The position numbers and the translations under genes are program-made. Positions 63,101-64,000 of a stretch of 64,000 nt of DNA are shown in pieces. The DNA lies in assembly GCF_001949145.1 (NCBI RefSeq), contig NW_019091360.1:802137-866136 (forward strand), read 5' to 3'. The notes under the pieces were generated by a model that made no database searches, had not been told where the DNA came from, and saw nothing but the letters and a program-made list of their open reading frames with translations. Within the stretch, counting starts at the first letter, position 1, and each line of letters opens with the position of its first letter. The stretch comes from Acanthaster planci. Lineage: Eukaryota.

Positions 63101-63734
63101 AATTTGAATGCAATAAACGATTATTTATGCACCTAAATTTGGGCCCTTCCTGTAAACTCAAATGAGGAAAATTATATCACAGACATGTATGCCGTTGCCA
63201 TTGCACATGCCAAATGCTAAACTGGTACATTTGTATATAAACTGAGAGTTCAATTTGTCTCATTATGAAAAGATAAAACTTAGGTGGAGTGAATTTTGTC
63301 CTTCATTGCCTAATGTAATTTTCAGTGGACTGCTGATTTCTTCCTTTGGGAAAATGAAAAATGCATTTTAGGTGAAGTTTCCTGACAGAGATCATTATAT
63401 TTGTTACAATGACTTCACCAAATTGTCAAACCTGGTCAATTTTGCCCCAAAATAGAATTGTGAAAACCGACAATATTCAACCAGATTTGTCTCTTCATGA
63501 AAACAGCAATGATATTAACCATGCAATGTAACTTTGATGCATTTTTCCTCTATGTTATAGTTTGTGGACCGTTTACAGCTGTTTTTCATGCCCCCCAAGC
63601 ACCAGCCAGATTATATCTACCTTCGTCATGTTGGACTCCGCCGAGTACATTTGTTTACAGCCATCCAGCTGTCATGTCTTATCATCCTCTGGGTCATCAA
63701 GTCAACTGATGCAGCTCTGGTGTTTCCCATCATG
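21047..63734 (+). CDS. SLC4-family Na+-coupled bicarbonate transporter (SLC4A7/8/10 / NDAE1-like), multi-exon gene, 3'-incomplete in this window
   Basis: The 19 exons have GT-AG boundaries and matching phases, giving an open 1033-aa frame. Hallmark SLC4 motifs: [10 protein letters not shown] plus a His/Arg tract, [144 protein letters not shown]. The exact orthologue cannot be assigned without a tree. Confidence 0.97.
21666..21818 (+). repeat. Local direct duplication, 125-bp spacing
   Basis: GTTTACAGGGTCACTTACTGTGCTCAAA occurs at 21666 and 21791. Confidence 0.85.
26363..27145 (+). repeat. Degenerate ~150-bp tandem repeat (three unit starts)
   Basis: TACCAAGA-ACTTTGAA-TCCAT recurs at 26363, 26969 and 27121. 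Confidence 0.8.
26402..26836. mobile_element. ~435-bp MITE with TTAA-CCCT-type ends inserted into a local tandem repeat
   Basis: TTAA-CCCTAAAGAGC...GCTCTTTAAGAG-TTCA with G/C-run subtermini. The neighbouring repeat unit at 26969-27020 shows the empty site AAGATTAAGAGGATGAAAT. Confidence 0.7.
29065..29350. mobile_element. Foldback / palindromic element
   Basis: Core hairpin at 29164-29245 (27-bp arms with one mismatch plus 9-bp inner arms TTTACCAAA/TTTGGTAAA). Degenerate outer arms include TGATTGC...GCTAAGTCAC / GTGACTTAGC...GCAATCA. Confidence 0.75.
30858..30908. mobile_element. 51-bp hairpin mini-MITE, copy 2
   Basis: Same length and near-identical loop (T-ACCTGTTGG) as 12684-12734, flanked by TTAA on both sides. 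Confidence 0.75.
31161..31245 (+). CDS. SLC4 exon 2, [28 protein letters not shown]
   Basis: Acceptor TTTCCTTTGCAG, donor CAG|GTACAT, 85 nt, phase 0/1. Resembles the DEEAVVDxG segment of SLC4A7/8/10. Confidence 0.85.
31619..31780 (+). mobile_element. tRNA-Thr(AGT)-derived SINE-like element
   Basis: A box TGGTCGAGTGG (31630-31640), anticodon-like loop CTAGTAA and B box GGTTCAAGTCC (31675-31685), but no intact acceptor stem. The body matches the reverse complement of ~46730-46826. Confidence 0.75.
34818..34988 (+). CDS. SLC4 exon 3, [31 protein letters not shown]...KEEKQ
   Basis: Acceptor GATTTCAG, donor AAG|GTACCA, 171 nt, phase 1/1. Contains the conserved [10 protein letters not shown] motif and a basic His-rich tract. 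Confidence 0.95.
36024..36162 (+). CDS. SLC4 exon 4, [13 protein letters not shown]...ESWKEMAR (alternative in-frame start at 35949)
   Basis: Acceptor CCATTCACAG, donor AG|GTAAAA, 139 nt, phase 1/2. Motifs [15 protein letters not shown] and WKE-AR. Confidence 0.92.
36786..36946 (+). CDS. SLC4 exon 5, [34 protein letters not shown]...LQIA
   Basis: Acceptor GTCTTCAG, donor CAG|GTAAGG, 161 nt, phase 2/1. Band-3 cytoplasmic domain motifs. Confidence 0.97.
40785..41323. mobile_element. ~540-bp non-autonomous DNA transposon, possibly PIF/Harbinger-like
   Basis: Perfect 14-bp TIR AGCCTGGTTTCCAT / ATGGAAACCAGGCT in TAA-like flanking context. The superfamily assignment is inference. Confidence 0.7.
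41461..41700. mobile_element. ~240-bp MITE, intact copy
   Basis: TIRs GGGTAATTCCAGAA...TTCTGGAATTACCT, collinear with 46501-46923. Confidence 0.85.
42298..42510 (+). CDS. SLC4 exon 6, [32 protein letters not shown]...[11 protein letters not shown]...MEQ
   Basis: Acceptor CTTTCAG, donor AAG|GTATTG, 213 nt, phase 1/1. Motifs [11 protein letters not shown] and P-IRS-DIG. Confidence 0.95.
44787..45662. mobile_element. hAT-like MITE containing a 21-bp minisatellite (spans a gap)
   Basis: TIR CAGTGTTGTA / TACAACACTG and 8-bp flanks TCTGACTG / TCCAACTG (both derivable from TCCGACTG). Confidence 0.75.
44802..45070. repeat. 21-bp minisatellite GTCCATCACAGGTCCCTGTAT
   Basis: About 13 tandem copies running into the N-gap. 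Confidence 0.97.
46501..46923. mobile_element. Second copy of the ~240-bp MITE, interrupted by a SINE-like insertion
   Basis: TIRs GGGTAATTCCAGAAA...TTTCTGGAATGACCC. Aligns with 41461-41700 once 46660-46836 is removed. Confidence 0.85.
46660..46827 (-). mobile_element. 5'-truncated copy of the same SINE-like element, nested in a MITE
   Basis: Matches the 31690-31780 body in reverse, lacks the tRNA head, and is flanked by the direct repeat TATTCTGAT (46651-46659, 46828-46836). Confidence 0.8.
51142..51305 (+). CDS. SLC4 exon 7, low-complexity linker [22 protein letters not shown]...SATSMK
   Basis: Acceptor TTTCGTGTAG, donor AAG|GTACAA, 164 nt. Its phase 1/0 is exactly what is needed to join exon 6 (phase 1) to exon 8 (phase 0). 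Ser/Ala-rich like the variable Nt loop. Confidence 0.8.
51497..51849. mobile_element. ~350-bp MITE with CCCTAACAGT terminal inverted repeats (piggyBac-like TTAA target)
   Basis: ATAA-CCCTAACAGT...ACTGTTAGGG-TTAA. The TIR is identical to the ends of hairpin copy 1. Confidence 0.65.
52629..52971 (+). CDS. SLC4 exon 8, [26 protein letters not shown]...DQVTVLPP
   Basis: Acceptor TTTTCTTCCAG, donor G|GTGAGT, 343 nt, phase 0/1. Highly conserved cytoplasmic-domain core. Confidence 0.97.
53445..53589 (+). CDS. SLC4 exon 9, [13 protein letters not shown]...GLDFTGR
   Basis: Acceptor ATTACAG, donor AG|GTAAAA, 145 nt, phase 1/2. WDP-IRIEPP motif. Confidence 0.96.
54341..54515 (+). CDS. SLC4 exon 10 (TM1), [22 protein letters not shown]...[15 protein letters not shown]
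   Basis: Long polypyrimidine tract plus TAG, donor ATG|GTATGT, 175 nt, phase 2/0. Confidence 0.97.
54950..55078. repeat. GACTYGAGTC-rich hAT-type end fragment
   Basis: Repeated AGTCC/GACTT motifs and a palindromic TTTTGTGGACTT...AAGTCCACAAAA, ending TAGAACACTG like the 45662 terminus. Confidence 0.55.
55152..55285 (+). CDS. SLC4 exon 11 (TM2-3), [44 protein letters not shown]
   Basis: Acceptor TTTCGTGACAG, donor CA|GTAAGT, 134 nt, phase 0/2. Confidence 0.97.
56335..56440. repeat. GACTCGAGTC-rich hAT-type end fragment
   Basis: CAAGTC repeats and GACTCGAGTC palindromes, ending CAACTCTG. Confidence 0.55.
56780..56992 (+). CDS. SLC4 exon 12 (TM4-5), [16 protein letters not shown]...[17 protein letters not shown]...NPVE
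   Basis: Acceptor GGTTAG, donor AA|GTAAGA, 213 nt, phase 2/2. Confidence 0.97.
57565..57805 (+). CDS. SLC4 exon 13 (extracellular loop 3 and TM6), [12 protein letters not shown]...YFPTI
   Basis: Acceptor GCTTTCAG, donor ATA|GTGAGT, 241 nt, phase 2/0. Four EL3 cysteines and three N-glycosylation sequons (NET, NST, NGT). Confidence 0.96.
58815..58928 (+). CDS. SLC4 exon 14 (TM7), [15 protein letters not shown]...[11 protein letters not shown]
   Basis: Acceptor CTTACACAG, donor CAG|GTAAGT, 114 nt, phase 0/0. Confidence 0.97.
59319..59483 (+). CDS. SLC4 exon 15 (TM8), [20 protein letters not shown]...[20 protein letters not shown]
   Basis: Acceptor TTTCAACAG, donor AAG|GTAAAG, 165 nt, phase 0/0. 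Confidence 0.97.
60350..60528 (+). CDS. SLC4 exon 16 (TM9-10), [10 protein letters not shown]...[35 protein letters not shown]
   Basis: Acceptor TTTGAATAG, donor AG|GTAAGC, 179 nt, phase 0/2. Confidence 0.97.
62028..62100 (+). CDS. SLC4 exon 17 (TM11), [25 protein letters not shown]
   Basis: Acceptor TTTTGATAG, donor TCG|GTACGT, 73 nt, phase 2/0. Confidence 0.96.
62347..62415 (+). CDS. SLC4 exon 18 (TM12), [23 protein letters not shown]
   Basis: Acceptor TTTTCCAG, donor CAG|GTATGA, 69 nt, phase 0/0. Confidence 0.97.
63561..63734 (+). CDS. SLC4 exon 19 (TM13), [24 protein letters not shown]...AALVFPIM
   Basis: Acceptor TGTTATAG, donor ATG|GTGAGT, 174 nt, phase 0/0. Confidence 0.97.
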
Positions 63735-64000
63735 GTGAGTCATTTGCTCTGTCAGTGGCTGTCCTTATATATTGACCCTGTGACTAGAAAGGTCCCAAAG
63801 TTATCCCAAGAAAGGGTGTGATATTTGTTCTTAGCAAATGTTAGGCTTAAAGCAGCCATGGACAGCCAGGAACAGTCGTATGACAGAATTACGTCCAAGG
63901 AGTGGGTTTTAACCCCAGTCTGAAAGTTTGCAAATATAAAATAGTTTGAGGTAGGATAGTCGACATCGACATCTCAAGTTCTTGAGACAAATCAAATGAT

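Overview
This is AT-rich, CpG-depleted animal genomic DNA from a draft assembly with eight N-gaps (9920-10618, 17439-17968, 33906-34216, 39164-39455, 43356-43756, 45071-45590, 49654-50621, 61308-61613). An invertebrate origin is inferred, not proven. The window is dominated by one plus-strand gene of the SLC4 bicarbonate transporter family, of the Na+-coupled electroneutral type (SLC4A7/8/10, NDAE1-like). I reconstructed 19 GT-AG coding exons from 21047 to 63734 with fully compatible phases (3099 nt, 1033 aa using the shorter exon-4 acceptor). The last TM segment and C-terminus lie beyond the window. The first ~21 kb and the introns contain no other recognisable gene. They hold non-autonomous DNA transposons (hAT-like with 8-bp TSDs, TTAA-CCCT piggyBac-like, Harbinger-like), a tRNA-Thr-derived SINE-like element, a foldback hairpin, and mini/microsatellites. 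I found no convincing novel multi-gene system. The best leads are a triple-PKA-site N-terminal exon, candidate alternative first and cassette exons, a 51-bp hairpin element with compensatory changes, and several nested insertions.
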